DNA from: Eledone cirrhosa
Lineage: Eukaryota
NCBI GenBank assembly: GCA_964016885.1
Contig: OZ024740.1
Span: 202,368,001 to 202,432,000, forward strand
Direction: 5' to 3'
DNA length: 64,000 nt
Part shown: piece after piece, positions 19,901-33,022 of the stretch
Layout of the letters: each line of letters begins with the position of its first letter
How positions within the stretch are numbered: the first letter of the stretch is position 1
Position numbers and translations under genes: made by a program
The notes under the pieces: generated by a model
Told to the model about the DNA's origin: nothing
What the model saw: the letters and a program-made list of their open reading frames with translations, nothing else
The model's database searches: none

Positions 19901-21300
19901 TATGTTGTGTATGACATGTGTAGTGTCTTATGTTGTATATGGCATGTGTAGTGTCTTATGTCGTATATGACATTTGAAGTGTCTTATGTTGTATATGACA
20001 TATGTAGTGTCTTATGTTGTATATGGCATGTGTAGTGTCTTATGTCGTATATGACATTTGAAGTGTCTTATGTTGTGTATGACATGTGTAGTGTCTTATG
20101 TTGTATATAACATGTAGTGTCTTATGTTGTACATGACATATGTAGTGTCTTATGTTGTATATGACATGTGTAGTGTCTTATGTTGTATATGACATGTGAA
20201 GTGTCTTATGTTGTATATGACATATGTAGTGTCTTATGTTGTATATGACATGTAGTGTCTTATGTTGTATATGACATGTGAAGTGTCTTATGTTGTATAT
20301 GACATGTCTAGTGTCTTATGTTGTATATGACATGTGTAGTGTCTTATGTTGTATATGACATGTCTAGTGTCTTATGTTGTATATGACATGTGTAGTGTCT
20401 TATGTTGTATATGACATGTCTAGTGTCTTATGTTGTATATGACATATGTAGTGTTTTATGCTGTATATGACATGTGTAGTGTTTTATGCTGTATATGACA
20501 TGTGTAGTGTCCTATGTTGTATATGACATGTGAAGTGTCTTATGTTGTATATGACATGTGAAGTGTCTTATGTTGTATATGACATGTCTAGTGTCTTATG
20601 TTGTATATGACATGTCTAGTGTCTTATGTTGTATATGACATGTCTAGTGTCTTATGTTGTATATGACATGTGTAGTGTCTTATGTTGTATATGACATGTG
20701 AAGTGTCTTATGTTGTGTATAACATTTGTAGTGTCTTATGTTGTATATGACATACGTAGTGTCTTATGTTGTGTTGTGTGACATGTGTCGTGTCTTATGT
20801 TGTATGTGACATGTGTAGTGTCTTATGTTGTATATGACGTGTAGTGGCTTATGTTTTATGTGGCATGTCTTATGTTGTATATGACATGTGTAGTGTCTTA
20901 TGTAGTATATGGCATATGTAGTGTCTTATGTTGTATATGACATATGTAGTGTCTTATGTTGTATATGACATATGTAGTGTCTTACGTTGTATATGACATA
21001 CGTAGTGTCCTATGTTGTATATGACACGTCTAGTGTCTTATGTCGTATATGATACGTCTAGTGTCTTATGTCGTATATGACGTGTAGTGTCTTATGTTGT
21101 ATATGACGTGTAGTGTCTTATGTTGTATATGACATGTGAAGTGTCTTATGTTGTATATGACATGTGAAGTGTCTTATGTTGTATATGACATGTGAAGTGT
21201 CTTATGTTGTGTATGACATGTGAAGTGTCTTATGTTGTATATGACATGTGTAGTGTCTTATTTTGTATATGACATGTGTAGTGTCTATGTTGTATATGGC
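16965..21300. repeat. 28-bp minisatellite in five blocks of alternating orientation
   Basis: Unit CAACATAAGACACTACATATGTCATATA; strand switches at about 17201, 18329, 18639 and 19861. Confidence 0.97.
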
Positions 21301-21464
21301 GTGTGTAATGCATGTTATATTTTATGTAGCATATATGTTATGTTGTGGTATGTCATACTTTGTTATGTATGACATTATCTTGTGTACGATATCTCATAAG
21401 GTAAAATCAGTTCTGTCTGAGCACAACACGGTTCTCTGACCAAGATCTCTCACAACGCGACAAC

Positions 21465-21520
21465 ACGTCCTACCCATATATGCTAGCATGGAAAATGGAT
21501 GTTAAATGATGATAATGATA
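21465..21520 (+). mobile_element. RTE-type 3' terminus remnant
   Basis: acccatatgctagcatggaaaatggatgttaaatgatgataatgat. Confidence 0.6.
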
Positions 21521-21548
21521 TGTGTATATGTATGTATATATATATATT

Positions 21549-21945
21549 TATTAAAATAACAGATTAAAGTTTAAGCAAAGAATCGCTGCTTTCACCCTTA
21601 ACGGGATCTTCTGAAACTAAAAAAATCAATCTGTGAACGCAGAAGTAAATATTTCGAAAAATGTTGCAGCCGAAGGAAGACAGGAAGACGATACTTTGGT
21701 TCGCGGAGACGTTCCCTGGCAATGAACAGATAAAAGCGAAGATAATACGTCGTTATGTGGAGCGATGAGAACAATTACACGCAAAGACAAAACCACGTAA
21801 GATCCCGTTAAGGGTGAAAGCAGCGATTCTTTGTTTAAACTTTAATCTGTTATTTTAATATATATTTGCTCTAGGGTTTTTATATATATGATATATATTT
21901 ATCCTTATCGAGCCCTCTTTGGATTTTAGTCTTCACATTTATTAT
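21549..21945 (+). mobile_element. Inverted-repeat element, family F3 (PLE-like inverted terminus plus tail)
   Basis: 62-bp arms 21549-21610 and 21799-21860 (1 mismatch), spacer of about 190 bp, unique tail after the right arm. Confidence 0.6.
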
Positions 21946-22329
21946 TATTACTATAAATATAGTAATAATACATTTCATACATCGAACAAATTTAGAAGTT
22001 GCTTGTTTTTACCTGTTATTGCTATTTGATGAACTCAGGTTGTCGGATATGTGGAAACCCTACCACCTAATCGTTGAGCCCAGAGAGATATGTAAAATAG
22101 CTGAATAAATTTATGCACAACTTCATATGTGAAGCTAGGTGGTTGAGGGGCCATAGCTCGCATTTGGAACTGTTGACCTGAAGGCTCCTAGGACCTAGTT
22201 CCTCAATCATTGTTGCAAGAACCTTATCTGGAGGCCCCCCCCCCAAACAAGCCTCATCCAGATACCTTCTTCTTCGCCAACTTATTTATAAGAGGGTTGT
22301 GGATCTCCTGTCAGCTGGTTTTGCCCATA

Positions 22330-22990
22330 AAATCTGTCCAGCAATTCTTACCTGAGACACTCTAACGGCATATCCAGATACCAGACATTCAAATCCCGGT
22401 CAGCTCCCATCTTGGTGACGTCATCAATACCCAGTGCAAGTGGGGGTCTGAGATGTCGCTGTTGTAGGCCCCCTCGACTCCACAGGCCTCCATGGTTTGT
22501 CTTGCTGCCTGAAGGCTGGTTGCTTCACCTGCCACACAGTTAAACCTGATCATGAAGCGGAACTTATATCGGGTAAATATCCCCTTAGTTCTGGAGCCAG
22601 CTGGATTATCCAGAATTGATGGGAAGAGGCCAGATGGTGTTACCCTTTGTCCCTGGGAAAGAGGCAGATGTCTCATCTGGGATGGCACAATCAGTGACTC
22701 TTTTACTCCCTCACACATCATGGATGTTGCAATAAATGTGGTGGTCACTGCCTCTGTAGCCAAACGGAATAGAATCCTAAAATACCGGGAATTATCAAAT
22801 GATTATTTTTTCCAGCCTGTGGCATTCGAGGCGTTTGGTGGAACTAGGCCACTGACAGCAAAGTTTTTGTCATCGTTAGCAGCTTGCCTTACCAAGGTGT
22901 CAGGTGATGCACATGAGGGTGCCTAGTTGTTTCAGCGTCTTAACCTCGGCATCACCTGGTTAATGCTGCGAATGTATTGGCCTGCTCAAA
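22330..22990 (+). pseudogene. Degraded CRE-like non-LTR retrotransposon C-terminus (zinc knuckle plus restriction-like endonuclease)
   Basis: DSTGLHGLSC.. then LEPAGLSRIDGKRPDGVTLCPWERGRCLIWDGT..KYREL..FQPVAFEAFG..*LFQRL. Confidence 0.8.
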
Positions 22991-23725
22991 AATTTTCGAT
23001 GACTTTTGTGGTGTGGGACCGATTGTTGCACTTGGTGGTGAATTGATGATTGTTTTTGTTTTTATTTCACCTTTTTTTTCTCTCACTGGTCATATATTTT
23101 GGTACGTTGTATTTGTGTGAGTTTCCTAGCAATAGTTAATTGTATTTATTATGTATTTTTATTTTCATTCTAAAAATATTGTGAGCAATTTGTAATGTTA
23201 TGGTTATATTTAAAACATTAATTCCCCGTCGTAACTGTAACCATTCTATATAAGATTTTCTTTTAGATAGAGGCAATAGAACGTTTCCTAAACTTCGCCA
23301 TCAAATCCAACTTGTACGAGAGAAAGCTGTACACGAAAGAATATATATTGTAGCACATGGAGGAAGTTGCTATTATGTTGAAAAATTGAAGAGTTTTCTC
23401 TTGTTTCTACCTTACAGTGGAAATATTTGTTATATTTCGTGATGCCAACGTGTAAAACAAAGGGAGATAATTCCCACGTCAACATGAGCATCATAATCCA
23501 AGGGAGGTAAATCACATCCACCGAAATATAAATCAAGGGAGATAAATCTACAAAATCTTTATATTTTCATTTAGATAAATCATTTTTTCTAACAATAGTT
23601 TTTCTTTTAGGCACACGTCCAGAAACATATTTTGATAGATTTTACTGTAGTAAATATTGAGATTTAGCTGGTTCAAATATCTAAAAGCAACCAAAAGCCA
23701 CGTGGCTGTGTTAAATTGAGCATAA

Positions 23726-23910
23726 AATAATAATTGTTTCTACTTTTGGCACAAGGCCAGCAATTACTCCAGTGCATTACTGGTACTTTATTTTATCGAC
23801 CCCGTAAGGATGAAAGGCAAAGTTAACCTCGGCAGGATTTGAACTCAGAACTTAAAAGGCCATAACTCTATGCTGCAAAGCATGGTGTCTGCCACTGCCA
23901 ATCCACCACC
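23726..23910 (-). mobile_element. tRNA-derived SINE with Nin-type core
   Basis: B-box GAGTTCAAATCC plus GCCTTTCATCCTTACGGGGTCGATAAAATAAAGTACCAG core and (TTA)n tail. Confidence 0.85.
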
Positions 23911-23914
23911 CTAG

Positions 23915-24275
23915 AATAATGTACAAATGTCAGGAAAGTGTTGTGTATGAGTCATTATATACACACATACACATATGCATGCATGTATGGATGGGGAATA
24001 TCAGATGTAGTGTTGACGAATTTCGGGAGGTATGGAAGTTACGAAGGATGCAGTGTCCTGACAGCTAACAACTGATGCAAGTACTTTGTTCTATGCTTCA
24101 GTAACTCTGAGCATGAAAAAATGTTTCCGAAAGTCATGGGAGCTGTACTGTTTTCTGATTTTGTAAGTATGTTCATAGGTGTTAGACATATGGAATTCAA
24201 AAAGGTGTTCAGGGTTGTTGGGAAGATGGCTAATAACACTGTGTAACAAAACATGTTTTTTTCTCTGTTCCTGGC
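23915..24275 (-). mobile_element. CR1-group LINE 3' end remnant
   Basis: HTYKIRKQYSSHDFRKHFFMLRVTEA..SVVSCQDTASF is a typical CR1 C-terminus; a related piece lies near 27090-27225. Confidence 0.6.
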
Positions 24276-24609
24276 TTATAATCATTTTTTTTTGTGTTGC
24301 TTAGGTCCCAAATAAATAAAAAAAGTGCTATTAAACAGTTAAAAGTTTGGGTTTGTAAAAATTCTAAGCTATTCACTAGAATTATTTGTATGCTGGATTT
24401 TACGTTGTATGTAAGTTTAATTTGCTTATGTTAAATGATTTTTTTTATATATGTTTCAGGTTAAATTAAAATTATAAAATAAAGAGTAATACCTAAAGAA
24501 AATTCTAAAAGTGCAATAAAGTATAAAATTGTTAAAAAGTGGATTAAAGAGATTTATTGATACTGGATTTTCACACCCTGAATAAAGGGCAAGTTGTGTT
24601 TTAAGCATT

Positions 24610-25291
24610 CGTCTCCAGGATGAAGCAGTGGAACTTGGTCAAGGAGGAAGTGCAGGTGACAAGTCAGAGAAGTTGACACAAACCTTTCTCAGGCTTTTAC
24701 ACTCTTAGGGATGACCTCTGCTTCTGACATGACGTGCCTGAACTGTTTGACGTTATTGGGGTGCCGTTTGTGCCCAAGGAGTGGTGGCTATTTATAGACA
24801 GCTCCACCACAAGTTTGAAGGCTGTCCTCTTCCACAATGGAAACAAGTTCCCGATACTGCCCCTAGCTCATTCAGTCTGCCTGAAGGAAGATTACTACAG
24901 TGTGAAAGTCCTCTTGGAAGCTCTGCAGTACAACCAGTATAATTGGGAAATCATTGGAGACTTCAAGATGGTGGCTTTCCTGCTTGGACTCCAAGGAGGC
25001 TTTATCAAATTCCAATGCTTCCTCTGCCTTTGGGACAGCAGAGCCACCTCTGACCACTACAAAAGAAAGAACTGGGAGCAGCGAACAGAATTTGTAGTTG
25101 GGACGCGGAACGTCATGTGGGAGCCACTGGTTGATCCCAGGATTGTGCTCATGCCGCCACTGCACATTAAGTTGGGGTTGATGAAGCAGTTTGTGAAGGC
25201 TCTCAACCAAGAATCAGCCGCTTTTAAGTACCTTCTTGAGTTCTTCCCCAAGTTATCTGAGGCCAAAATCAAAGGTGGAATTTTTGTTGTG
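24610..25291 (+). pseudogene. Chapaev(-3)-type (CMC) DNA transposase internal fragment
   Basis: WWLFIDSS..SLKAVLFHNGN..GDFKMV..CFLCLWDSR..PPLHIKLGLMKQFVKAL..FPKLSEAKIKGGIFV; truncated at both ends. Confidence 0.8.
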
Positions 25292-25594
25292 TAATCTTAC
25301 ATTCAAGTAGGTAACCACAAGGCATCTCATCTGATATTTTAAACAATTCCACAAATCTATCACCTCAGACTGCCTTTGGATAAAATAAAATACCAAAGTT
25401 GACCATAATGCAGAATCAAATACCACAAGGTATTTTGTCCTAGCCACTATCATGTCTACCTATTTGTCTCTCCAGAAAAGGGCAGTTTCACAACACTAGA
25501 AGATAACATACTACAAATTGCTGTAGTCTTTAGACATTTTATTCCTTATTTTCAGACAGAATCATCAGAGTATTGGTTTAAATGCTACAACTAT

Positions 25595-25745
25595 GCTCTG
25601 AGTTCAAATCCCACTATGGTCTACTTTGCTTTACATCCTTTTGGTGTCAATAAATTAATGTAGCATTTCAGGTATGGTAGATTGGGGGGAATTGTTAAAG
25701 CAGCTTTGAGTATCTGTTCCGGTTTTATATATTCTGAGTTTAAAC
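25595..25745 (+). mobile_element. Degenerate Nin-type SINE pieces
   Basis: ctgagttcaaatccc..ctttgctttacatcctttt..taaattaa. Confidence 0.5.
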
Positions 25746-26844
25746 CTTATCACCTATCACCTTTACCAAGAGATGTAGCTGACAGATAGTCAGCAACAGA
25801 AAGACCAATGAAAACATTGCTTCCTTGATATGATCCTATAACGGGCTTCTTTCCTTTTTTTATTTTAAAATATTTTAATCTAATTTCTTTCCTTACAATA
25901 AAAAAAGACACTGGAAAAGTAGTAATGCTTCTGCCAGGAGCTGCAACTGGCAGATAGTATCAGCAATGGAGGGATGAATGGAAGCTTTGTTTATTTGATA
26001 ATTAGCCTCTTACCTTTTTTATTTGAAAATATTTCAACTTTCTGTTTATAAAAAAACAAAAAAAGGAATTGGAATGAAATAAATAATTTAAATAAAAGCA
26101 ATAGAGAATGTACAGGTTTCTTTTTATTTTCTGAATAATGAATTTCATCTAAGGCTGTATCAAAAGTAGAAAGAAGGTTTTAATGCAAAGCTAGCCCTTG
26201 GCACACATCTTACTCCATCCAACATTTCAATATTTCACCTGGATTCAAACAAAAATATTCCCATAGAAAAATATTTTCATATAAATTGGTAAATGTTCAT
26301 GAAAGAAAACAAAACAACAGAGTCTCTTAACTTGGGTGAATATGTGTTAGTCAATGTATGTATGTGTGTGCATTTATCAAAGTGTGTGAGTATGTATACA
26401 TACATATATATATATGTGTATGTATATATGTATACATACATGTGTGTGTGTTAGTCATAGTGAATATGTGGGTATGAGTGTGTGTCTATGTTAGCAAAAG
26501 TACACACACACACACACATACATCTATTGAGAGAACAGAACAATGTCAAAAGAAGAAATAATGACAATGTTTATCACTCGTATAAAAAATATAATAAAAT
26601 GTTTATAATTTGAATCTAATGTTTTTGTCTTTCAAATCAAATGTTTTTGTTTTTCATGAGACTTATCAAGATATATATTTAGTTGTTGTTAAAGCGGTAG
26701 TCACACGAAAAGTTCCCTATGTGTATTTTCACATTTATTTAAGTAGAGCTGATAGTTTTCGAATGAATGTCTTTATAAAATGCATGAATATTTCAAAACA
26801 GATTTCAACATCAAAGCCCTACACCTAGCATTAGAAGAAAACAA

Positions 26845-27080
26845 GAGGAATGGCTTTGAGAAGAAATGTAGCACATTTGTATGGTAACCTTGTGATAGGA
26901 TTCCTAGAAGAAAATTATATCACAAAGTAGAAATGACATTTGGTGAATTCTTTTAGAATACATTAGCAGAAAGAAAGTGGAAATGATGTATCATTTATGT
27001 TTTGGAATAAATGAAAAAGTGAACTATAAGCAATTCACAATATTTTAAACACTCTACACCTATTCATTAATTTCACAACA
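26845..27080 (+). pseudogene. Highly degraded Penelope-like RT fragment
   Basis: RGMALRRNVAHLYGNLVIGFLEE (cf. GxAMGxxxAPxYANLxMGxLEE) and IHNILNTLHLFINFT (cf. LNxLHPxIKFT). Confidence 0.55.
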
Positions 27081-28414
27081 GTAAACCAGTGAGCAACGTT
27101 TTGTGTACAGTGTTCAGGTGCACTACAATTCATCAAAGGTGTATGTATAGTACATAGAATAATGTACAAATATCAGGAAAGGGAACAGTGTATGAGTCAT
27201 GATATACACACAGACACACATATGATCATAAAATTATGTAACGCCAGAATTACAACAGATACAAAAACCAGAACTAAGGAAAATCCCACTAAGCAAACAT
27301 TTAGAAATGTATGGGAATAATAAATTCAAAATACTCCCTTTTTATAACTGTTCAAGGGATGATCCAAAGAATTGAATAGAAATTGTGAAATATTTTTAAA
27401 AGAAATTCACTCTTAAAGTAAACCATAACAGCTCTTCATAAAGTGAGGTAAAAACACACACAGGTAATTTTCACTTTCAGTATTCTAGATTTATATCTAA
27501 ATAAGTTTTGTGAAAAACGAAAGTGCTAGATTCAAATTAAAAACAATGTTTTATCATCATATTTTTGATCTAAGTAATAGACAGTGCTTTATTACTTCTG
27601 ACATTTATATTTTATTACTGTATATATAATGTGTGTGTGTGTTTATTTGAATATAGCTCAGATGCTGAGATCAAAGTCATCTTCCACTGCTATTATATAT
27701 ACTAACTGTTATATACAGTCTTGAGTTCATACATAACTCACAGATCATCTCATCTCTCACACACACACTCATACATTACCCAGTAATCATTTGGTATTTA
27801 ATCGTCTTAATCTCTTTCACACACACACTCTCTCTCATACAGTACTCAATGATCTTGTTTTTAATCTTAATCTCTCTCTCTCTTACATATACACACACTT
27901 TTTCTTGACACTTACTCTCTCACTTTCTTTTACACACATTATCTCTTTTTTCTCTCTCATACCTTGTGAGATTTTAAAACAGAAACTGTATTACATATCA
28001 TAGATACCTTTATAATTTTTACTGTTTTAGTCATGGAGGGAAGGGCGCCCATAGCCCATTTCAGGGCCTAGGCGCTGGTGTGAGTAGAAATTATGTCTTA
28101 GAAGGATACTCATAAATACTCCCATATTGTTCTGCTGAGAGAATATAATAAACAGGGATGCTTAAACACACAGCTGAAGCTATATAATAGATAGAGACAT
28201 ATCATTGTGAAGACCAGCCAGTGATACCTGCTGCATCAGCCATTCCTCCTTCCTCAGGTATAATACCCTCGTCCAGATAAACAAGAGATTATAATTATAT
28301 GTATATCACAATTTACTCCAATATTCAATGGATTTTCCATTTTTATTCCTGATATTGTGTGTATTCAATTTATAATAGGCACACCATATCCCTGTGTGCT
28401 GTAAGAAGTAACTA

Positions 28415-30030
28415 AAAGGGTTGGCATCAGGAAGGGTATCTGACCCTAAAACATTGCCTCACAAAGGACCCTATGATGAGTATGAAACCTATCATTGGGC
28501 CCACAAGGCTAACCCCTGTTTTAAATGTTTGTAGTGAAGGTGTGTGGCCTTGTGGTTAGGGTGTTAGAGTCACAATCTAATCTGGAACTATTTATATATA
28601 TAGGGGTGATGGGCAACTTGGGCCTGCTGGAGATCCTCAGCACATGATGTCAGAGTATATTGGGGTGCAGACGTTGGCTGTGAGCCACTCTACAGGTGAG
28701 TCTGAAGAAATGGATACAGTAAGAAAGGCTGAGGCCATACGCAGTAGAGAAGCTGAAAGAACCTGGCAGTAACAACTGATGCTGCACAACCTGTTCCAGC
28801 GACTGGGTGAGGCAGCAGACCTGGAGGAAGAGTGAGCACTATTTACAACTGCTGTGACTGAAGCAGCATGAGACTATGGGAAGGCGTGGAATGAAGAAAG
28901 AGTGGTGGCTTTGCAAACAAGTTGGGAACTGATTGATGAGTGGAAAAAGACAGGACAAAAGGGACACTTCCAATACCAAGGAAGAAAAGAAAAAAAATGG
29001 ATGCTGTGTATTGCCAGCTTGACTGACAGGTGGAGAAAAGCTACTAATGGGACAAATGAGCCTGGCAGGAAAAGAAATGAGAAGAGGCAGAAAAAGAAGT
29101 CATTTGAAATGACATGAGAACCCTATACTGCATCAAGAGACAGATGACTGGGACAGGGAGCTATCCAGGTTTGCCAAGACCTTGGTGACAGCAGACAAAC
29201 AAGACCAGAGATGGGTAGAACACTTCCAGGAGACATGAAACGAACCAGCTCCAACTGCCTTGTTTAGCTTTGACCCAGAGCTAGTAGCAACTGATGCACC
29301 GCTCCATGTCTGTGAGAACCAAATTATCGAACAGAAAACAAGAGATGTGATCAAGACTCTGGAGAACAAGGCCAGAGGACTCAACGAGATCTTGGCAGAG
29401 ATGCTGAAGTCTAGTGAAGACAACATTATCACAGCACTGGCCAGACTAATTAACTGATGCTGGCAGGATGGACAAATACCCCTAAGATGGCAACAGGGCA
29501 GTTATTGTTAAACTGCTGAAGAAGAGGAATCTAACAGATTGTAACAGATGGCATCACATTGGTGTTGGTCCCTGGCAAGGTGTTCAGCTTAGTGTTGCTA
29601 TGACAGCTACAACAAGATGTAGATTCTATACTCAGAGAAGAACAGGTAATTGACAGAATACACAGGGAATTGCTGCAGAACATTGCACTTTTGTATGGCA
29701 TTCCACAGAGTTTCATCACTATTTTCAAAGGCCTGTACACCAACTTGAGCTGTTGCACGAGAACCGAATCTGGTACAACGGAGTTCTTTGACATCATCTC
29801 GAAAGTCAGACAATTCTGCATCCTCTCTCCCTTGTTCTTCCTGCTGGCAGTTGATTTTATATTGAAAAATACTGCTGATGGAGGTAGGTTGGAGGATCTT
29901 GTCGACAGAAATCAAGGCTGAAAGACACAGATTTTGCCAACAACACCACCTTGCTAGTTGAGGACAGTACAAACCTGCAGGAGCTAACAACCTCCCTGCA
30001 GCTGAACACCAAGAAGATCAGGTTATGATT
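28415..30030 (+). mobile_element. Old, heavily mutated RTE-clade LINE
   Basis: NKARGLNEILAEMLK, YGIPQSFITIFKGLY, VRQFCILSPLFFLL fragments with stops and frameshifts; ggttggcatcaggaagggtatc motif at the 5' side. Confidence 0.75.
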
Positions 30031-30032
30031 CT

Positions 30033-30080
<48 letters not shown>

Positions 30081-30132
30081 ATAACATTGCAAACTCTGTA
30101 CTGTTTCATATTTTATTACTGTAAATAATTTT

Positions 30133-30614
30133 GATGAGCTGATAAACTCCGACCTCACACACTTACACCTCTCCAAGACAATGTCACTGGACCGTGACCT
30201 TTGGCGGTACTCAGTAACAGAGAAGACCCGCCTTGCCAGTAGGCATCTCTAACAAAATACACCCCGTCCCACCACCACCACCCCCACCCGATCCACACCA
30301 CCCCGTTCTATGTAAAGTTATGTTGGTGCCGCGCCATCGAGGCCGAAACAAATGAGATCGTGTAGGTGTCACGACAAAAAAACACACAGTCCACGCTGTA
30401 ATGTGGCCGTGTAGGCAACACGGTAAAAACCTCCCAGCCCCACACTGTAAATGTGGTTGGTGTTAGGAAGGGCATCCAACTGTAGAAAACCTGCCAGACA
30501 GTCCTATGCGAGCAAGACAACCACTCTTGCCTCAAGTGGGACTACCCCCGTCCAAACCCATGCAAGCGTGGAACACGGACGTTAAACGTTGATGATGATG
30601 ATGATGATGATGAT
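30133..30614 (+). mobile_element. RTE family A, short 3' copy
   Basis: Near-identical to 5423-5928 except for a 28-nt deletion across the stop codon; (GAT)n tail. Confidence 0.95.
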
Positions 30615-30899
30615 CATTTCTTTAATGAACTCACTGGTGAGAGGGAGACTAGTATCTTCAGATGGAATTCTTGCATCTAAATGGAGCCTGCTAAAGGTAC
30701 CCAAAGGTGGGGGTGTTAAGTCTACCACCCAAATATCACACAATAACTCAGATGTCAATATGTGGCTCTAATTATAAAGAAAACCTCTGAAATATAGATA
30801 TCTAGTAATGTGTCTTTATCTACCAGCATCATTTATGTCCAGATTTGTTTATACTTACATGGGTCGAATGGTTCTTCACTTTCACAATACATATATAGC

Positions 30900-30935
<36 letters not shown>

Positions 30936-31097
30936 TATATATATATGTATATATATATAATTGTATTGACTCTATACACTGTATAAGAGTCCTTATTTCA
31001 GTGCATGTTTAATGAGTTTATCACACAAACCCATAAAAAACCATGTTCATACATACACACACACATGTATGCACATACACACACACAGATGTGAAGT

Positions 31098-31245
31098 AAT
31101 AATAATAATAATAATTTCTACTTTAGGCACAAGGCCAACAATTTTGGGGAAGAAAAAGTTGATTAAATCGACCCTGTAAGGAGAAAGGCGAAGTTAACCT
31201 CGGCAGGATTTGAAATCAGAATTTAAAGGGCCGTAACTATGCTGT
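31098..31245 (-). mobile_element. Nin-type SINE, internally deleted
   Basis: ggcacaaggcc..tcgaccctgtaagg..gttaacctcggcaggatttgaa. Confidence 0.7.
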
Positions 31246-31335
31246 GTATGAAGCTGTATGTTGTAACAATTCTAATATCACTGAAATTGCAGAGAAATCC
31301 ACAATTTGAGATGGACAATTTAGATATTTTTTGGA

Positions 31336-32090
31336 GTGGGAATATAATCCTACATTTTACTGTGGGGATATAACCCTATATTTTACTGTGGTGGGAATAT
31401 AACCCTACATTTTACTGTGGTGGGAATATAACCCTACATTTTACTGTGGTGGGAATATAACCCTACATTTTACTGTGGGGATATAATCCTATATTTTACT
31501 GTGGTGGGAATATAATCCTATATTTTACTGTGGTGGGGATATAATCCTATATTTTACTGTGGTGGGGATATAACCCTACATTTTACTGTGGGGATATAAT
31601 CCTATATTTTACTGTGGTGGGAATATAATCCTATATTTTACTGTGGTGGGGATATAACCCTACATTTTACTGTGGTGGGAATATAACCCTACATTTTACT
31701 GTGGGGATATAATCCTATATTTTACTGTGGTGGGGATATAATCCTATATTTTACTGTGGGGATATAATCCTATATTTTACTGTGGTGGGAATATAACCTT
31801 ACATTTTACTGTGGTGGGAATATAACCCTATATTTTACTGTGGTGGGAATATAACCCTACATTTTACTGTGGTGGGAATATAACCCTATATTTTACTGTG
31901 GGGATATAATCCTACATTTTACTGTGGTGGGAATATAACCCTATATTTTATTGTGGGGATATAATCCTACATTTTACTGAGGTGGGAATATTACCCTATA
32001 TTATACTGTGGTGGGACTATAACCCTATATTTTATTGTGGAGATATAATCCTACATTTTACTGAGAGGGTAATACAGACCTACATTTTAT
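31336..32090 (+). repeat. 29/26-bp minisatellite
   Basis: Units GTGGTGGGAATATAACCCTACATTTTACT and GTGGGGATATAATCCTATATTTTACT. Confidence 0.95.
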
Positions 32091-32649
32091 TGGGAGGAAG
32101 GGTTATTGCTCGATATTGTACTGAACATGGTGTTAATATAGCCTTAAATTTTACTAAAGAGTTGAGAGAACACAGTTCTACATTTTACTGGGTTTGGGAG
32201 AATGTATCCTTACATTTTATTTAGTGGAGTTAAATATCCCAGATTTAATTTTCAATCCAAGAGAAAATGCTTGCTTTGTGATGTTCTTTCCCACAAGATT
32301 TCTTTGTCCAGATCCCACCAAAATAAAGCCTACACATTGATAGAAACAACTAGAAACCATCAACAAGCCCCCAGTTCATTTACCAACCACTGAGGTCAAC
32401 CACTGTCTGTAGTGGCCACAGAGCTGGACATTAGACCAACTGCTGGGGTTAACTAATATCTGTAGTGGCCACAGAACTGGACATTAGACCATCAACAAAT
32501 GTCTGCTGTGGCCACAGAAAAAGATGTTTTGTTTATGTTTTCATAGTTTAACATATGGAAGACTAAGATTTGTTAAAATTTCACATCTTAAATGAATTTC
32601 TGCAGTGTGTATGTATGTATAATGTGTGTGTGTATGTATACACTAGCAC

Positions 32650-33022
32650 CAGTGGCGAAGGGTAACCTGCAAAGCAGGGCATGCAGTCCAATCACCATGG
32701 TGGAAAGTGGGGCTGTGCAGCCTTACCCCCCCCCCCAATTCCCTCTAAATGACCCTCCCGGTCAAAGCCGCATGTAGTGTTTTCTAGTGTGTGTGTGTGT
32801 GTTATCTTTTTATGTGTCTACGATTTAGTAAGCAGCCAAAATTCTGCTTGCTTCAACCGACGCTGTCGTGTGTTTGTGTGTATGTGTGTGTGTTATCCTT
32901 TTATGTGTCTACGATTTAGTAAGCAGCCAACATTCTGCTTGCTTCAACCGACGCAATTGATCAACTCAAGATTCTATAATGCATGCACTGCATACGTTGC
33001 ATGCACGGACCCTTTGCCCCTG
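32650..33022. mobile_element. hAT-type MITE with perfect 8-bp TSD
   Basis: ACTAGCAC at 32642-32649 and 33023-33030; TIRs CAGTGGCGAAGGGT / ACCCTTTGCCCCTG; internal duplication of about 75 bp. Confidence 0.85.

Noticed and set aside
16965-21300. CRISPR-like look of 28-30 bp repeats (also 31336-32090)
   Set aside because: Head-to-tail units with no unique spacers, no cas genes, and a eukaryotic context.
28157-28257. AG..GT-bounded segment resembling an exon
   Set aside because: Stops in all three frames and no recognisable protein.
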